Below are positions 38,925-49,851 of a stretch of 64,000 nt of DNA, piece after piece. The notes beneath the pieces were generated by a model. That model did not search any database. It worked only from the letters and a program-made list of their open reading frames with translations, and was not told the origin of the DNA. This DNA is from Candidatus Omnitrophota bacterium (GTDB lineage: Bacteria; Omnitrophota; Gorgyraeia; Duberdicusellales; 4484-171). A program made the position numbers and the translations under genes. Within the stretch, counting starts at the first letter, position 1; every line of letters begins with the position of its first letter. The stretch covers positions 9,057 to 73,056 of the forward strand of contig JAFGQU010000007.1 in assembly GCA_016935525.1 (NCBI GenBank), read 5' to 3'.

Positions 38925-41364
38925 TCGATTTACCGAACGAGCACGTAAAGTGCTGGTTTTAGCCAAAGAAGAAGCGAGGCGGTTCAATCATGATTATATC
39001 GGGACCGAACATATCCTGTTGGGCCTGGTGCGGGAAGGAGAAGGAGTCGCCTGCGCGGTGTTGCAGAATTTAGGGGCCGATCTTGACCGGTTGCGTATTG
39101 AGGTCGAGAAATTGATCACTCCCGGCAGTGTGACCGGCGTGGTCGGAGATATTCCTTTTACGCCCCGGGCCAAGAAAGCTCTGGAACTTGCCGCCGAAGA
39201 GGCCCGTACGCTCGGGCATAATTATATCGGGACCGAACATATCCTCCTGGGGCTTATCCGGGAAGGCGAAGGTCTGGCAATGCAGGTCCTTTACAGTCTG
39301 GGAGTGGATTTAGACAAAGTCCGTGAAGAAATAGCATCCCTCTTGGGCGGAACCCATTCGGCTCCCGGCGGCCAGCAGGGCGGGACGGCGCAAAGCGCTT
39401 CGAAGACTCCGGCGCTGGACTCTTTCGGCAGAAATCTGACCAAACTCGCCCGGGAAGGAAAACTTGACCCGGTAATCGGCCGGAGTGTAGAGATCGAACG
39501 GGTGATCCAGATCCTTTCCCGGCGGACTAAAAATAATCCGGTACTTTTAGGAGAAGCCGGGGTAGGAAAGACCGCGATCGTCGAAGGTCTTGCCCAGAGT
39601 ATCGTCAGCGGTAATGTCCCTGAAGTATTACGGAATAAACGGATCATCGGACTTGATCTTGCGCTTATGATCGCCGGGACGAAATACCGCGGACAGTTTG
39701 AAGAACGGATCAAAGCGGTAATGGAAGAGATCAAACGGTCAAAAGAAGTCATTATTTTTATCGATGAATTACATACATTAGTAGGCGCCGGCGCGGCTGA
39801 GGGGGCGATTGACGCGTCCAATATCCTTAAACCTTCGCTTTCCCGCGGAGAGATCCAGTGTATCGGAGCGACGACGCTGGATGAATACCGTAAACATATC
39901 GAAAAAGACGCGGCATTGGAAAGAAGGTTCCAGCCGATCTTTGTAGAACCGAGTACCGTGACCGAAACGGTAGAGATATTGAAAGGGTTACGGGACAAAT
40001 ATGAAGCGCATCACCGGGTAAAATTTACCGATGAAGCGTTGGAAGCCGCGGCGACATTATCCGACCGGTACGTCTCAGGCCGGTTTTTACCGGATAAGGC
40101 TATTGATTTGATCGATGAAGCCGGTGCCCGTTCGCGTCTTGCGGTATTGATTGTCCCGCCGGAAATCCAGGAGCTGGAGAACAAGATAAAGGAGATCATT
40201 AAAGAGAAAGAAGCGTTGATTAAACAACAGGATTTTGAAGCTGCGGCGCGTCTGCGGGACGAAGAAAAAAGCCTGCGGGTGAAACTGGAAAGTCTGCGCC
40301 GGGATTGGGGTAAAAAACGGGACCAGATCGTCCCTAACCTTTCGGTCGATGAAATCGCCAAACTCGTGTCTCAGATCACCGGTATCCCTATTTTCCGGTT
40401 GGAGGAGGCCGAGTCGGATAAATTACTTAAGATGGAAGAAAAGTTAAGCGAGAATGTGATCGGCCAGGAGGAAGCTCTGGCGGCGATTTCCCGAAGCGTC
40501 CGCCGGGCGAGGGCCGGAGTAAAAGAACCGCGCCGGCCTATCGGTTCGTTCATCTTCCTGGGGCCGACCGGTGTAGGAAAGACTTTGCTTGCCCGCGCGC
40601 TTACCGAATTCATGTTCGGCGATGAAGATGCGATGATCCAGCTCGATATGAGTGAATATATGGAAAAATTTAACGTGTCACGTCTGGTCGGCGCTCCTCC
40701 GGGATATGTCGGATACGAGGAAGGCGGACAGCTTACTGAACGGGTCCGTCGTCGTCCTTATTCGGTCATCCTGCTTGATGAGATCGAGAAAGCGCACCCG
40801 GATGTGTTCAATCTGCTGTTACAGATCTTTGAAGAAGGCCGGCTTACCGATAGTTTCGGGAGAAAAGTGGATTTTCGTAATACGATCATTATCATGACTT
40901 CTAACGTCGGCGCCGATATTATTCGTCAAAAAGGGTCGTTAGGGTTCATGGCGGTACAGGAAAATTCGATTAGTTATGATGAGATAAAAAAACATTTGAT
41001 GGAAGAAGTGAAAAAGACGTTTAAACCGGAATTCCTGAACCGGCTGGATGAGATCATTGTGTTTAAACCGCTGAATAAAGAATCATTAGGGAATATTGTC
41101 GATATCGAAATTAATTACGTCAATCAGCGTCTCAAAGACCAGGGGTTCTATGTAGAGTTGACTCCCGATGCGAAAGATTTTTTTACTGAACGGGGATTTG
41201 ATCCGGTGTTCGGGGCAAGGCCTCTTAAACGGGTCATTCAACGGTTTCTGGAAGATCCTCTGGCCGAAGATATTATCCGCGGCCGGTTTTCGGAAGAACT
41301 AAAAAAAGGGGGACAGGTCCGAGTAGTCGCTAAACGCAATAAAGACGAATTAATTTTTGAATGA
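38917..41364 (+). CDS. clpC: ATP-dependent Clp protease ATPase ClpC
   Basis: Clp-N repeats, two AAA modules ([16 protein letters not shown]), UVR motif. Confidence 0.97.
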   Translation: MFNRFTERARKVLVLAKEEARRFNHDYIGTEHILLGLVREGEGVACAVLQNLGADLDRLRIEVEKLITPGSVTGVVGDIPFTPRAKKALELAAEEARTLGHNYIGTEHILLGLIREGEGLAMQVLYSLGVDLDKVREEIASLLGGTHSAPGGQQGGTAQSASKTPALDSFGRNLTKLAREGKLDPVIGRSVEIERVIQILSRRTKNNPVLLGEAGVGKTAIVEGLAQSIVSGNVPEVLRNKRIIGLDLALMIAGTKYRGQFEERIKAVMEEIKRSKEVIIFIDELHTLVGAGAAEGAIDASNILKPSLSRGEIQCIGATTLDEYRKHIEKDAALERRFQPIFVEPSTVTETVEILKGLRDKYEAHHRVKFTDEALEAAATLSDRYVSGRFLPDKAIDLIDEAGARSRLAVLIVPPEIQELENKIKEIIKEKEALIKQQDFEAAARLRDEEKSLRVKLESLRRDWGKKRDQIVPNLSVDEIAKLVSQITGIPIFRLEEAESDKLLKMEEKLSENVIGQEEALAAISRSVRRARAGVKEPRRPIGSFIFLGPTGVGKTLLARALTEFMFGDEDAMIQLDMSEYMEKFNVSRLVGAPPGYVGYEEGGQLTERVRRRPYSVILLDEIEKAHPDVFNLLLQIFEEGRLTDSFGRKVDFRNTIIIMTSNVGADIIRQKGSLGFMAVQENSISYDEIKKHLMEEVKKTFKPEFLNRLDEIIVFKPLNKESLGNIVDIEINYVNQRLKDQGFYVELTPDAKDFFTERGFDPVFGARPLKRVIQRFLEDPLAEDIIRGRFSEELKKGGQVRVVAKRNKDELIFE

Positions 41365-42245
41365 GATTTTTGATATGCGCATTGATTGTGGCAGGAATCA
41401 CCCTCAACGGGTATGGATTTAGTAATACGGTTGAATTTGATTTTAACTCTCCTCATTCTTTCCATATTTTGCTTTCTCAGGTACAATGCGGCCAGTCTAC
41501 TCTTAACGGGGATGTTGCGGTACATGTTACCAAGAAAGAAGATTATCTTATTTATAACATACATATTGACGGCCTGGGATGGGGAGGCTTTGCTTTTAGT
41601 CCGATTGAAGCTAAAATAATCAAGAAGGGTTCGGAATTTATTATTAACTATGCAAAAAGCAAAGATTTCCTGATTCGTGGTAAAATAGATTACGCGAAGA
41701 ATATCGTTGACTTGAACGTGAACGTGCATATGGCGATGACGATGGAAGGATTCCTGGGGGACGTTCAGGGAGATATCTTCATCCAGGGGAGTACGAACAA
41801 CCCGTTGTTACGAGGCAAACTTCTGGTGAAAGACGGTAAACTGGTAAACTTCACGTTTAAAGAAACAGTTCTTTTTTTCAGCGGGACGTATCCTTATCTG
41901 AACGTGAGCGATTCCCAGACGGTGTTACCCGACGGGACGGCGTATATTCTGGAAGGGAGGATAAACATCCGCGATTTCCAGACGATGTACGCTTCATTGC
42001 GTTCCAGTGCCAAAGAGATCATCAGTATCGGGGATTGGAAGATATACCGCGGTATCGACGATGCCGGAATCGGCCGTGACGTCGATTCCCGGTTAGGAGT
42101 CCGGTTAGGCGGTTCATCCGCCCCGAATCAGGCTCAACAGCTCGGGACGGAATTACGGTTCCGTCTTGACGAGAATAAATTTTTAAAATATCGTATTGAA
42201 GAGGATAAATCAATCCTGGGGTTTGAGAGGAAGAGCGAATTTTAG
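41361..42245 (+). CDS. exported beta-rich hypothetical protein (possibly TamB/AsmA-like C-terminus)
   Basis: signal-peptide-like N-terminus, [10 protein letters not shown] motif, C-terminal Phe. Confidence 0.45.
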   Translation: MRFLICALIVAGITLNGYGFSNTVEFDFNSPHSFHILLSQVQCGQSTLNGDVAVHVTKKEDYLIYNIHIDGLGWGGFAFSPIEAKIIKKGSEFIINYAKSKDFLIRGKIDYAKNIVDLNVNVHMAMTMEGFLGDVQGDIFIQGSTNNPLLRGKLLVKDGKLVNFTFKETVLFFSGTYPYLNVSDSQTVLPDGTAYILEGRINIRDFQTMYASLRSSAKEIISIGDWKIYRGIDDAGIGRDVDSRLGVRLGGSSAPNQAQQLGTELRFRLDENKFLKYRIEEDKSILGFERKSEF

Positions 42246-42247
42246 CC

Positions 42248-43012
42248 ATGTATATACTTAAGAATGCCGAACAACTTCTTAAATATTGCGGAAGTGTAGG
42301 TATCTTTATTAAAGATACCGTTTATTTCATGCTGACCCGCCGCCATAATCTGAAGATCGTCCTTAAAGAGATCGTTTCCATAGGGATCGAGAGCTTTTTT
42401 CTGGTCTCGTTGATCTCCTTTTTTGTGGGGATTATCATCGCGTTTCAGACTGCGTCTTTTCTAAAACAGTTTTCTTCCGAAATCTATATTTCTTCTTTGG
42501 TCGGGCTTTCTCTGGTACGGGAATTAGGTCCGGTCCTGGGATCTTTGATCGTTGCCGCCAGGAGTGGCGCGGCGATTACCGCAGGGATCGGGGCGATGAA
42601 GATCTCCGAACAGGTCGATGCGCTGGAAGCGTTCGCGGTAAATCCCATCGATTACCTGGTAGTACCTAAATTCATAAGCCTGCTGTTTTCCATGCCGTTA
42701 CTGGTGATCTACGGGGGATGCCTGGGGATTTTCGGCGGATACGTGGTCGGCGCGGCGAAATTTTCTATACCGTTCAATCTTTATTTCCAGATGACCTTTG
42801 AATCGTTACAGTACAAAGATATTGTCAGCGGTCTGATTAAAAGTGTCTGTTTCGGGTCGATCATTGCGCTTATCTCCGCGTTTGAAGGATTCCGTCCGCA
42901 GTCATCGGCCGACGTATCGAAAGCGGTACAAATGTCGGTAGTACGTTCGTTTTTATTGATCATTATCTGCGATTGTATCCTGACGGCGCTTTTCTATTTT
43001 ATATTAGCATGA
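42248..43012 (+). CDS. mlaE: MlaE family ABC permease
   Basis: RELGPVL...ARSGAAITA, SEQVDALE, YLVVP. Confidence 0.92.
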   Translation: MYILKNAEQLLKYCGSVGIFIKDTVYFMLTRRHNLKIVLKEIVSIGIESFFLVSLISFFVGIIIAFQTASFLKQFSSEIYISSLVGLSLVRELGPVLGSLIVAARSGAAITAGIGAMKISEQVDALEAFAVNPIDYLVVPKFISLLFSMPLLVIYGGCLGIFGGYVVGAAKFSIPFNLYFQMTFESLQYKDIVSGLIKSVCFGSIIALISAFEGFRPQSSADVSKAVQMSVVRSFLLIIICDCILTALFYFILA

Positions 43013-43776
43013 GTCTCATTGAATTGAAAAATATAAGTAAATCGTTCGAACAGAAAAAAGTATTAGACCGGATCGACTTGTCTATTGAAGCGGGAGAAGC
43101 GTTCCTTATTTTAGGAAGAAGCGGTGCCGGTAAAACCGTGCTTTTGCGGCATTTGATCGGCCTCATCCATCCCGATTCCGGACGGGTATTGATCGACGGG
43201 AAAGACCTCAATCAGCTTGATGAACAGGAACTTGTCCAGACCCGTCTTAAATTCGGAGTCGTTTTTCAGAACAGCGCCCTTTTCGATTCGCTGACTGTCG
43301 GTGAGAATGTCGGGTTCGCGCTTATTCAGCATTCGGCGTTGACGAAAGCCGAGATCTTACCTAAAGTGCATACGGCATTGGAGATGGTCGGCCTGGAAGG
43401 GATAGAGGAACTCTATCCGTATGAATTAAGCGGCGGGATGCGTAAACGGGTCGCGATCGCCCGGGCGATCATTTATCGTCCTAAGATCATTATTTATGAT
43501 GAACCGACGACCGGTATCGACCCTATTTCTGTCGATAAGATCGTCCATCTTATCCAGGACCTGCATCAGCGGCTGTCGATTACGACACTGGTAGTCACTC
43601 ATGACCTCGACGTGGGTTTGAAAATAGCGCAACGAGTTGCGTTTTTATTACAGGGAAAGATCATCTTTGAAGGTAATAAAGATGATCTGCAGAATCCGGA
43701 AAGAATAACCGACCCGCGGGTCGTCCAGTTTATTCAGGGCTCATCAAGCGGCCCGATAAAGGAGATGGAGGTATAA
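43009..43776 (+). CDS. mlaF: MlaF family ABC ATPase
   Basis: GRSGAGKT, ALFDSLTVGENV, LSGGMRKRV, YDEPTTG. Confidence 0.9.
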   Translation: MSLIELKNISKSFEQKKVLDRIDLSIEAGEAFLILGRSGAGKTVLLRHLIGLIHPDSGRVLIDGKDLNQLDEQELVQTRLKFGVVFQNSALFDSLTVGENVGFALIQHSALTKAEILPKVHTALEMVGLEGIEELYPYELSGGMRKRVAIARAIIYRPKIIIYDEPTTGIDPISVDKIVHLIQDLHQRLSITTLVVTHDLDVGLKIAQRVAFLLQGKIIFEGNKDDLQNPERITDPRVVQFIQGSSSGPIKEMEV

Positions 43777-43778
43777 CA

Positions 43779-44489
43779 ATGAAAAGAAAGATCCTGGATA
43801 TACGGAAATATCTTCTTGAAATAAGAGTAGGCATTTTCCTGGTAGGAGCGGTATTGCTCCTTTTTCTTGCCGGGATTTCCATACAGGAAGTCTCTTTCCT
43901 GCAGGGGACCTATGTTCTGGGAGTAAAATTCGATTTTGCCGAAGGGCTTAAACCGGCATCCCCGGTCCGGTTTGCGGGAGTCGACGTGGGGGAGATTAAA
44001 AATGTCGAAGTCGATACTTCCGATTCTAAACCGATCGTCTATGTGCAGGCTAAGATTAAACAGGGGACAAAAGTTCCCCGCGGTTCCCGCTTCTTTATCA
44101 ATAGTCTCAGCCTTTTCGGAGAAAAGTATCTGGAGATCATTCCGCCTAAAACGATCGAAGAATACTTGAAACCGGGCGAGATGGTCGAAGGGATCTCTTC
44201 GGTCCCTTTATTTACGATTATGTCTTCCTTTCACCAGACCATGGTTAAAGTTGATGAGTTTGTTCAGGATGGGCAAGTAAAAGAGTCTTTTAAAGAAATT
44301 GTGTTAAATCTAAAAAATATTACTGAGCACTTTGAAGAGATCATGAGAGATATTCATCAAGGTGAAGGTACTATAGGAAAATTTCTTTATGACGACTCAC
44401 TCTACATAAAAACTGAAGAGTTAGTTGACGATATCAAAGCCCATCCTTGGAAACTTTTACATAAACCAAAAGAAATAAGATCCCGTTAA
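43779..44489 (+). CDS. mlaD: MlaD/MCE family protein
   Basis: N-terminal TM; GLKPASPVRFAGVDVG, LFGEKYLEI. Confidence 0.9.
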   Translation: MKRKILDIRKYLLEIRVGIFLVGAVLLLFLAGISIQEVSFLQGTYVLGVKFDFAEGLKPASPVRFAGVDVGEIKNVEVDTSDSKPIVYVQAKIKQGTKVPRGSRFFINSLSLFGEKYLEIIPPKTIEEYLKPGEMVEGISSVPLFTIMSSFHQTMVKVDEFVQDGQVKESFKEIVLNLKNITEHFEEIMRDIHQGEGTIGKFLYDDSLYIKTEELVDDIKAHPWKLLHKPKEIRSR

Positions 44490-44567
44490 CGGTATCTTTT
44501 GCAGGAAGGCGGGGTAATGGCATCGAGAGATGCGGTTACGTGCCTTTTTGTAAGACAGAAAATATGT

Positions 44568-45932
44568 ATGGGTAAAACACAGACTATATTTGTATGCACT
44601 GAATGCGGATACCAATCGGTAAAGTGGCTGGGGAAATGCCCTCACTGCGCCAGCTGGGAGACATTCGAAGAGCAGACCGAGACCAAACACGTAATGTTGA
44701 GCGATACGGGTATGGTCTCACGAAACCCCAGTACTCCGGTCCCTTTAGCCGAAGTCAGCCGCTATTCGTTAGAACGTATCCCTACGGGACTTGCCGGTTT
44801 TGATACGATCCTCGGCGGAGGGTTAGTGAAAGGCGAGGTCGTACTTATCGGGGGAGAACCGGGAGTAGGGAAATCTACTCTCCTCCTTGAGGTAAGCGCG
44901 AAATTAGCTCAAAAAGGTAAAGTGCTTTATGTGAGTGCGGAGGAGTCGGTCGAACAGGTAGCGTTAAGAGCAAAACGCCTGGGCTTACACGCTGAAAACT
45001 TTTATCTTCTCAACGAAGAAGATATCAGCGCCGTATATGAACATATAAAGAAAGAACGGTTTGAGTTCCTTATCGTCGATTCTATTCAGGTGGTCCATCA
45101 TCCTTCAATCGGTACTCAGAAAGGGAGCGTCCCGCAGATAAAAGGGTGCGCGGATTTCCTGACCCAGATCGCCAAGAATACCGGATTGATGGTATTCATT
45201 GTCGGACATGTCACGAAAGACGGGATGATCGCCGGGCCGAAACTTTTAGAACATATTGTCGATTGCGTGCTTTATTTTGAGAGTGAAGTGATCTCCTATT
45301 ACCGTATTTTACGGACGATAAAGAACCGGTTCGGAGCAACCGGAGAGATCGCCGCATTCCAGATGACCGAAGACGGTTTGAATGAAGTCGAAAGCTTAAG
45401 CGGCATCCTCCTGCCTCACCATCAATCTCCGGTCGCGGGCTCCTCGATCGTCTGTGTGGTCGAAGGAATAAGGCCGTTGGTGCTGGAATTGCAATCTTTG
45501 GTGAGTAAAGCTTCATTCGGAGTGGTCCGTCGGCGTTCGTTAGGGTTCGATTTTAACCGGTTTTCTCTTTTGATCGCGATCATTGAAAAAAGGCTGAAAC
45601 TCACGTGTTCCAGTGACGACGTGTTCCTCAATGTGAGCGGCGGGTTAAGGATCAATGATCCAAGCGCGGATCTGGCGGCGTGTATGGCGATTATTTCCAG
45701 CTATAAAGATAAAGCGATACTTGAAGGAATAGTGTTTCTGGGAGAGGTGGGGCTTGCCGGGGAAATAAGGCCGCTCAATAATATCAATATCCGCCTGAAG
45801 GAGATCGCCCGGTCAGGGTTCAAGAAAGTATTTATTCCGCAAGGTAATCTTAAAGAGGTTGACGTAAAAGTGAGAGAAGTTACAATTAAGGCAGTAAATA
45901 CGTTAAAGGAGACCGTAGAAGAAATATGGTAA
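44568..45932 (+). CDS. radA: DNA repair protein RadA/Sms
   Basis: CTECG...CPHC zinc finger, GGEPGVGKSTLL, KNRFG. Confidence 0.96.
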   Translation: MGKTQTIFVCTECGYQSVKWLGKCPHCASWETFEEQTETKHVMLSDTGMVSRNPSTPVPLAEVSRYSLERIPTGLAGFDTILGGGLVKGEVVLIGGEPGVGKSTLLLEVSAKLAQKGKVLYVSAEESVEQVALRAKRLGLHAENFYLLNEEDISAVYEHIKKERFEFLIVDSIQVVHHPSIGTQKGSVPQIKGCADFLTQIAKNTGLMVFIVGHVTKDGMIAGPKLLEHIVDCVLYFESEVISYYRILRTIKNRFGATGEIAAFQMTEDGLNEVESLSGILLPHHQSPVAGSSIVCVVEGIRPLVLELQSLVSKASFGVVRRRSLGFDFNRFSLLIAIIEKRLKLTCSSDDVFLNVSGGLRINDPSADLAACMAIISSYKDKAILEGIVFLGEVGLAGEIRPLNNINIRLKEIARSGFKKVFIPQGNLKEVDVKVREVTIKAVNTLKETVEEIW

Positions 45933-45960
45933 AAAGGGGAGTTTTTATTAATATTTTGAG

Positions 45961-46063
45961 ATCCTTGACAATAGGGTTACGTAATCCCATGGTCAAGGAT
46001 TCAATTCGCACCTGTCACTTATGAGCGCTTATGCTCCATAAGTGACGTGCTCATTGAAGGAGG
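45961..46063 (+). ncRNA. candidate structured leader RNA motif, second copy
   Basis: atccttgac...gtcaaggat tcaattc gcac-ct-gtcacttatg...cataagtgac-gtgc tcattgaaggagg. Confidence 0.5.
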
Positions 46064-46072
46064 GGTATTTTT

Positions 46073-47050
46073 ATGAACAGTCTTAATGTGATCCGGGCGC
46101 TTTTTGTGCTCATATTTGCCGGAGCCGGATATCTTTTGGGAAAAGATCAGGCGTTTATGTTCGCGATGGTCGGTTTGTATGTAGGATTGATCGTGGTGAT
46201 TATTGAGGCCGTTGCTCACCGGTTGTCGTTTAAAGGTTTTCTGGCGGCAATGCTGGGAGCAGTAATCGGATTGGGCGTAGGCGGTGCTTTCGGCGGTATC
46301 CTTGAACTTTTCCGGTTACCGGTGGAGTTCATCCGTTTGAGCAAGTTGATGCTTTCTTTAGGGTTTATCTATTTTGGGGTAGCTTTGGCGCTTAAGATCA
46401 ACGATGAATTTTATCTAATGATCCCGTATGTCCGGTTCAAGAGACAGGAACTGAACGAAGAATCGATCGTAATCGATACTTCAAGCATTATCGACGGCAG
46501 GATCCTCGATATCGTAAAGACCGGATTCATCGATGCCAACCTGATCGTGCCGCGGTTCGTATTGAACGAATTGCAGACCCTTGCCGATTCGACCGAACAT
46601 ATAAAACGGCAAAGAGGCAAGCGCGGCATCGAAATATTACATTCACTCAAAAAAGAACCGGGGATGCAGGTGATCATCGGCGATAAAGATTTTAAAGACA
46701 AAAAAGGGGTCGATGCCAAAATAGTAAAGTTGGCTAAACTTTCGGAAGCGAAAGTGCTGACCACCGATTACAATTTAAACCGTATCGCCCAGTTAGAAGG
46801 CGTGAAAGTATTGAATGTCAACGACCTGACCAACGCCCTGAAACCGATCTGCATGCCGGGTGAGAAATTGAACCTTAAACTTGTGAAAGAAGGAAAAGAA
46901 TCGAATCAGGCCGTAGGCTATTTAGAAGACGGCACCATGGTCGTGGTCGAAAACGCCCGCTGGCTTATCGGTAAAACGGCGGAAGTCGAGGTTACCTCGG
47001 TATTACAATCTCCTTCAGGGAGGATCGTATTCACTAAGTTAACTGGATAA
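46073..47050 (+). CDS. yacL: membrane PIN/TRAM domain protein (YacL family)
   Basis: TM helices, IDTSSIIDGRI, TTDYNLN, GYLEDGTMVVVE. Confidence 0.88.
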   Translation: MNSLNVIRALFVLIFAGAGYLLGKDQAFMFAMVGLYVGLIVVIIEAVAHRLSFKGFLAAMLGAVIGLGVGGAFGGILELFRLPVEFIRLSKLMLSLGFIYFGVALALKINDEFYLMIPYVRFKRQELNEESIVIDTSSIIDGRILDIVKTGFIDANLIVPRFVLNELQTLADSTEHIKRQRGKRGIEILHSLKKEPGMQVIIGDKDFKDKKGVDAKIVKLAKLSEAKVLTTDYNLNRIAQLEGVKVLNVNDLTNALKPICMPGEKLNLKLVKEGKESNQAVGYLEDGTMVVVENARWLIGKTAEVEVTSVLQSPSGRIVFTKLTG

Positions 47051-47055
47051 ATAAT

Positions 47056-47135
47056 GGTCACACGACACATAGTCACACGTCACACGGGAGGAAAAAACCG
47101 TGACCTGTGACCTTGTGACCTTGTGACTTTGTGAC
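47056..47135. repeat. inverted short-repeat array, GTCACA/TGTGAC family
   Basis: ggtcacacgacacatagtcacacgtcacacg ... cgtgacctgtgaccttgtgaccttgtgactttgtgac. Confidence 0.85.
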
Positions 47136-47140
47136 GTTGT

Positions 47141-47812
47141 ATGAAAGTTGGAGCTATACTCGTCTGTGCCGGGAAAGGCAAACGTTTAAAACATAAAAAA
47201 GATAAAGCGTTTGTCCTTTTAGGGAAAAAACCGCTTCTATGGTACAGCCTTAGAACCTTTCTTGCCCTTTCGGCGATACGGGAGATCGTAGTCGTTGTTT
47301 CCAAAGAGTCATTCCCTCAAGCCGCTCAGATTTTGAAAGAGAAGAAAGTCAAGGTAGCCTGCGGCGGCATACGTCGTCAGGATTCGGTATATCAGGGGCT
47401 GGCGAACCTTTCCGGAAGTATCGATACGGTACTTGTCCATGACGGTGCCCGTCCGTTTGTGCATAAAACGCATATCACGGCGCTGATAAAGGCTTTAAAG
47501 AAAAATCCGGCGGTCACCTTAGGGGTACCGGTAAAAGAAGCGTTAAAGAAAGTAAAAAAGGCCACGATCGTATTACCGATAGACCGTCACGGGATCTATA
47601 TGATCCAGACCCCGCAAGGATTTACACGTGATCTCCTGGAAGATTCGTTTAAACGGTTTAAAAAAAGAAACGTATACGATGAGACCGAACTTATCGGGCT
47701 GCTCGGTAAAAAAGTGAAAGTCATACCCGGTGACTATAATAATATCAAGGTTACCTATCGGGAAGACCTCGAAGTAGCCGAGGCGTTTCTCAACCATTTC
47801 AAATGCCGATGA
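47141..47812 (+). CDS. ispD: 2-C-methyl-D-erythritol 4-phosphate cytidylyltransferase
   Basis: AGKGKRL, GGIRRQDSV, VHDGARP, QTPQGF, NIKVT. Confidence 0.93.
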   Translation: MKVGAILVCAGKGKRLKHKKDKAFVLLGKKPLLWYSLRTFLALSAIREIVVVVSKESFPQAAQILKEKKVKVACGGIRRQDSVYQGLANLSGSIDTVLVHDGARPFVHKTHITALIKALKKNPAVTLGVPVKEALKKVKKATIVLPIDRHGIYMIQTPQGFTRDLLEDSFKRFKKRNVYDETELIGLLGKKVKVIPGDYNNIKVTYREDLEVAEAFLNHFKCR

Positions 47813-48327
47813 GAATAAAGAGAAAAACAGCCGCACAGGGACCGGTACATCTGTTACGTATCGGGTTCGGTTTCGATGTGCACCGGTTCAGCTCCAAAAA
47901 GAAAGATCTTATGTTAGGCGGGATAAAGATCGCAGCCCCCTTCGGGATAGACGCGGTTTCCGACGGCGACGCGGTATTACACGCGGCCTGTGACGCGTTA
48001 TGCGGCGCGGCGGGGCTGGGAGATATCGGCGATATGTTCCCGCCCGGAAGTAAAAGATCGAAAGGGATACGCAGTACAAAGATTTTAGATACAGTACTGA
48101 AAAAAATGAAGAACCGTTATCAACTGCTTAACCTTGATTTGATAATCATTACCGACCGGCCGAAATTAGCCGGCCATAAAAAACGTATGGTCACATCGCT
48201 CAAGAAGCTGTTTAAGACCGGCCAGGTGAACGTGAAAATAAAATCAAAAGAAAAGCTGGATATTTTAGGGGGTACGGATTCTCTTTGTGTCATGGCTCAA
48301 GTATTGATGAAAAAATGTCAGAAATAA
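47803..48327 (+). CDS. ispF: 2-C-methyl-D-erythritol 2,4-cyclodiphosphate synthase
   Basis: RIGFGFDVHRF, SDGDAVLHA..DAL, GDIG..FP. Confidence 0.9.
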   Translation: MPMRIKRKTAAQGPVHLLRIGFGFDVHRFSSKKKDLMLGGIKIAAPFGIDAVSDGDAVLHAACDALCGAAGLGDIGDMFPPGSKRSKGIRSTKILDTVLKKMKNRYQLLNLDLIIITDRPKLAGHKKRMVTSLKKLFKTGQVNVKIKSKEKLDILGGTDSLCVMAQVLMKKCQK

Positions 48328-49757
48328 GGATATCTAATACGCTTACCGGGCAAAAGGAACTTTTCGGCCCGCTTACTCCGGGTACAGTGAATATGTATAC
48401 CTGCGGAGTCACCGTCTATGACCATTGCCATGTCGGCCACGCCCGGTCATTATACGTATTCGAAGTCATCCGCCGTTATCTTTCATTTCGCGGGTACAAA
48501 GTAACCCTGGTCCGTAACATTACCGATGTCGACGATAAGATCATCAATCGAGCCAGAGAATGGGCTCAAGAACAGGATATTTCGTTAGAAGAAGCGTTTG
48601 AGAAAGTGAGGACTACCTATATCGACAGTTACTACGAAGATCTGAAATTACTGGGAATCCCCCAGGCCGATGCCGAGCCGAAAGCGACCGAAAACATCGA
48701 AGAGATGCAGCACTATATAGGTAACCTTATCGAAAAAGGGGTTGCCTATGAAAAAGAAGGGAACGTGTATTTTTCGGTACGAACACTGCCTCATTACGGT
48801 GTGCTGTCCGGTAAAAAGATCGACGATCTTCTGGATTCGGTACGGATAGAAAAAGATCCTTATAAGAGAGATCCGCTTGATTTCGCGTTATGGAAAAAAA
48901 CCAAACCGGAGGAACCGGCGTGGGATAGTCCCTGGGGTAAAGGGAGGCCGGGCTGGCATATCGAGTGTTCGGTGATGAGTCAAAGATATCTTCACACCGA
49001 CACATTAGATATTCACGGCGGGGGGGTGGATCTGGTATTTCCTCATCATGAAAACGAATTGGCTCAGAGTGAAGCGCTGACCGGTAAACAGTTTGCGAAA
49101 TACTGGATTCATCACGGGTTACTGACCATCAACGGCCAGAAGATGGCAAAATCACTGGGCAACTTTTTTACGATAAAAGACGTAGTGAAAAAATATCCGG
49201 CAGATATCCTGAAACTTTTTTATCTTGGGGCGCATTATTCCAGTCCTATCGATTTCTCCTGGGAGAAGATGAAAGAGGCAAAAACTGCATACGAACGGAT
49301 CAAAATTCTTCATGATAAGTTACAACAGCAATATGGAAAAATTAATATTACAGAAGAGTTTAGAGGAGGGGCTGGTAATGCAGGTATTTTCAAACAGCAG
49401 TTTATTGAAGCGATGGATGATGATTTCAATATGCCGCGCGGCCTTGCGGTTTTGTTTGATATGGTAACTGCATTCAACAAAACACTTGATAGCGATATCG
49501 AATTAAAAGATTTTATTCTGAAATATGCTTTAGAAATAATGCAGGAAATTGCCCATATATTCTGTCTCGACTTTTTTACCGATAGACCGCTTGAACTGTC
49601 CGAAAAAGAGATCGAAGCGATGATCGAGATGCGCGCGGTCTATAAAAAACAAAAGAATTTCGAAGAAGCCGATAAAGTCCGCGAAGAATTATTAAAACAA
49701 GGTATTATTTTAGAAGACGGTAAAGACGGTAAAACTACCTGGCGCCGAAAACTTTAA
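48315..49757 (+). CDS. cysS: cysteine--tRNA ligase
   Basis: CGVTVYD..HVGH, GRPGWHIECS, FPHHENE, KMAKS. Confidence 0.97.
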   Translation: MSEIRISNTLTGQKELFGPLTPGTVNMYTCGVTVYDHCHVGHARSLYVFEVIRRYLSFRGYKVTLVRNITDVDDKIINRAREWAQEQDISLEEAFEKVRTTYIDSYYEDLKLLGIPQADAEPKATENIEEMQHYIGNLIEKGVAYEKEGNVYFSVRTLPHYGVLSGKKIDDLLDSVRIEKDPYKRDPLDFALWKKTKPEEPAWDSPWGKGRPGWHIECSVMSQRYLHTDTLDIHGGGVDLVFPHHENELAQSEALTGKQFAKYWIHHGLLTINGQKMAKSLGNFFTIKDVVKKYPADILKLFYLGAHYSSPIDFSWEKMKEAKTAYERIKILHDKLQQQYGKINITEEFRGGAGNAGIFKQQFIEAMDDDFNMPRGLAVLFDMVTAFNKTLDSDIELKDFILKYALEIMQEIAHIFCLDFFTDRPLELSEKEIEAMIEMRAVYKKQKNFEEADKVREELLKQGIILEDGKDGKTTWRRKL

Positions 49758-49765
49758 TGTTCTTA

Positions 49766-49798
49766 ACCTTCTGGCAACCGCGTAGGTTGCCAGAAGGT
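49766..49798. repeat. perfect 14-bp hairpin in the cysS-tmk spacer
   Basis: accttctggcaacc-gcgta-ggttgccagaaggt; no U-tract follows. Confidence 0.6.
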
Positions 49799-49851
49799 GT
49801 AATCAGCGTGAATCCGCGTTTAGATCAGCGCGGTTCCGCTTCTATAATGAT

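Noticed and set aside
39291-39998. Long antisense ORFs (235 aa in clpC, 194 aa in lysS, 200 aa in mtnA, 188 aa over the rSAM end)
   Set aside because: Shadow frames opposite well-conserved genes, with no motifs
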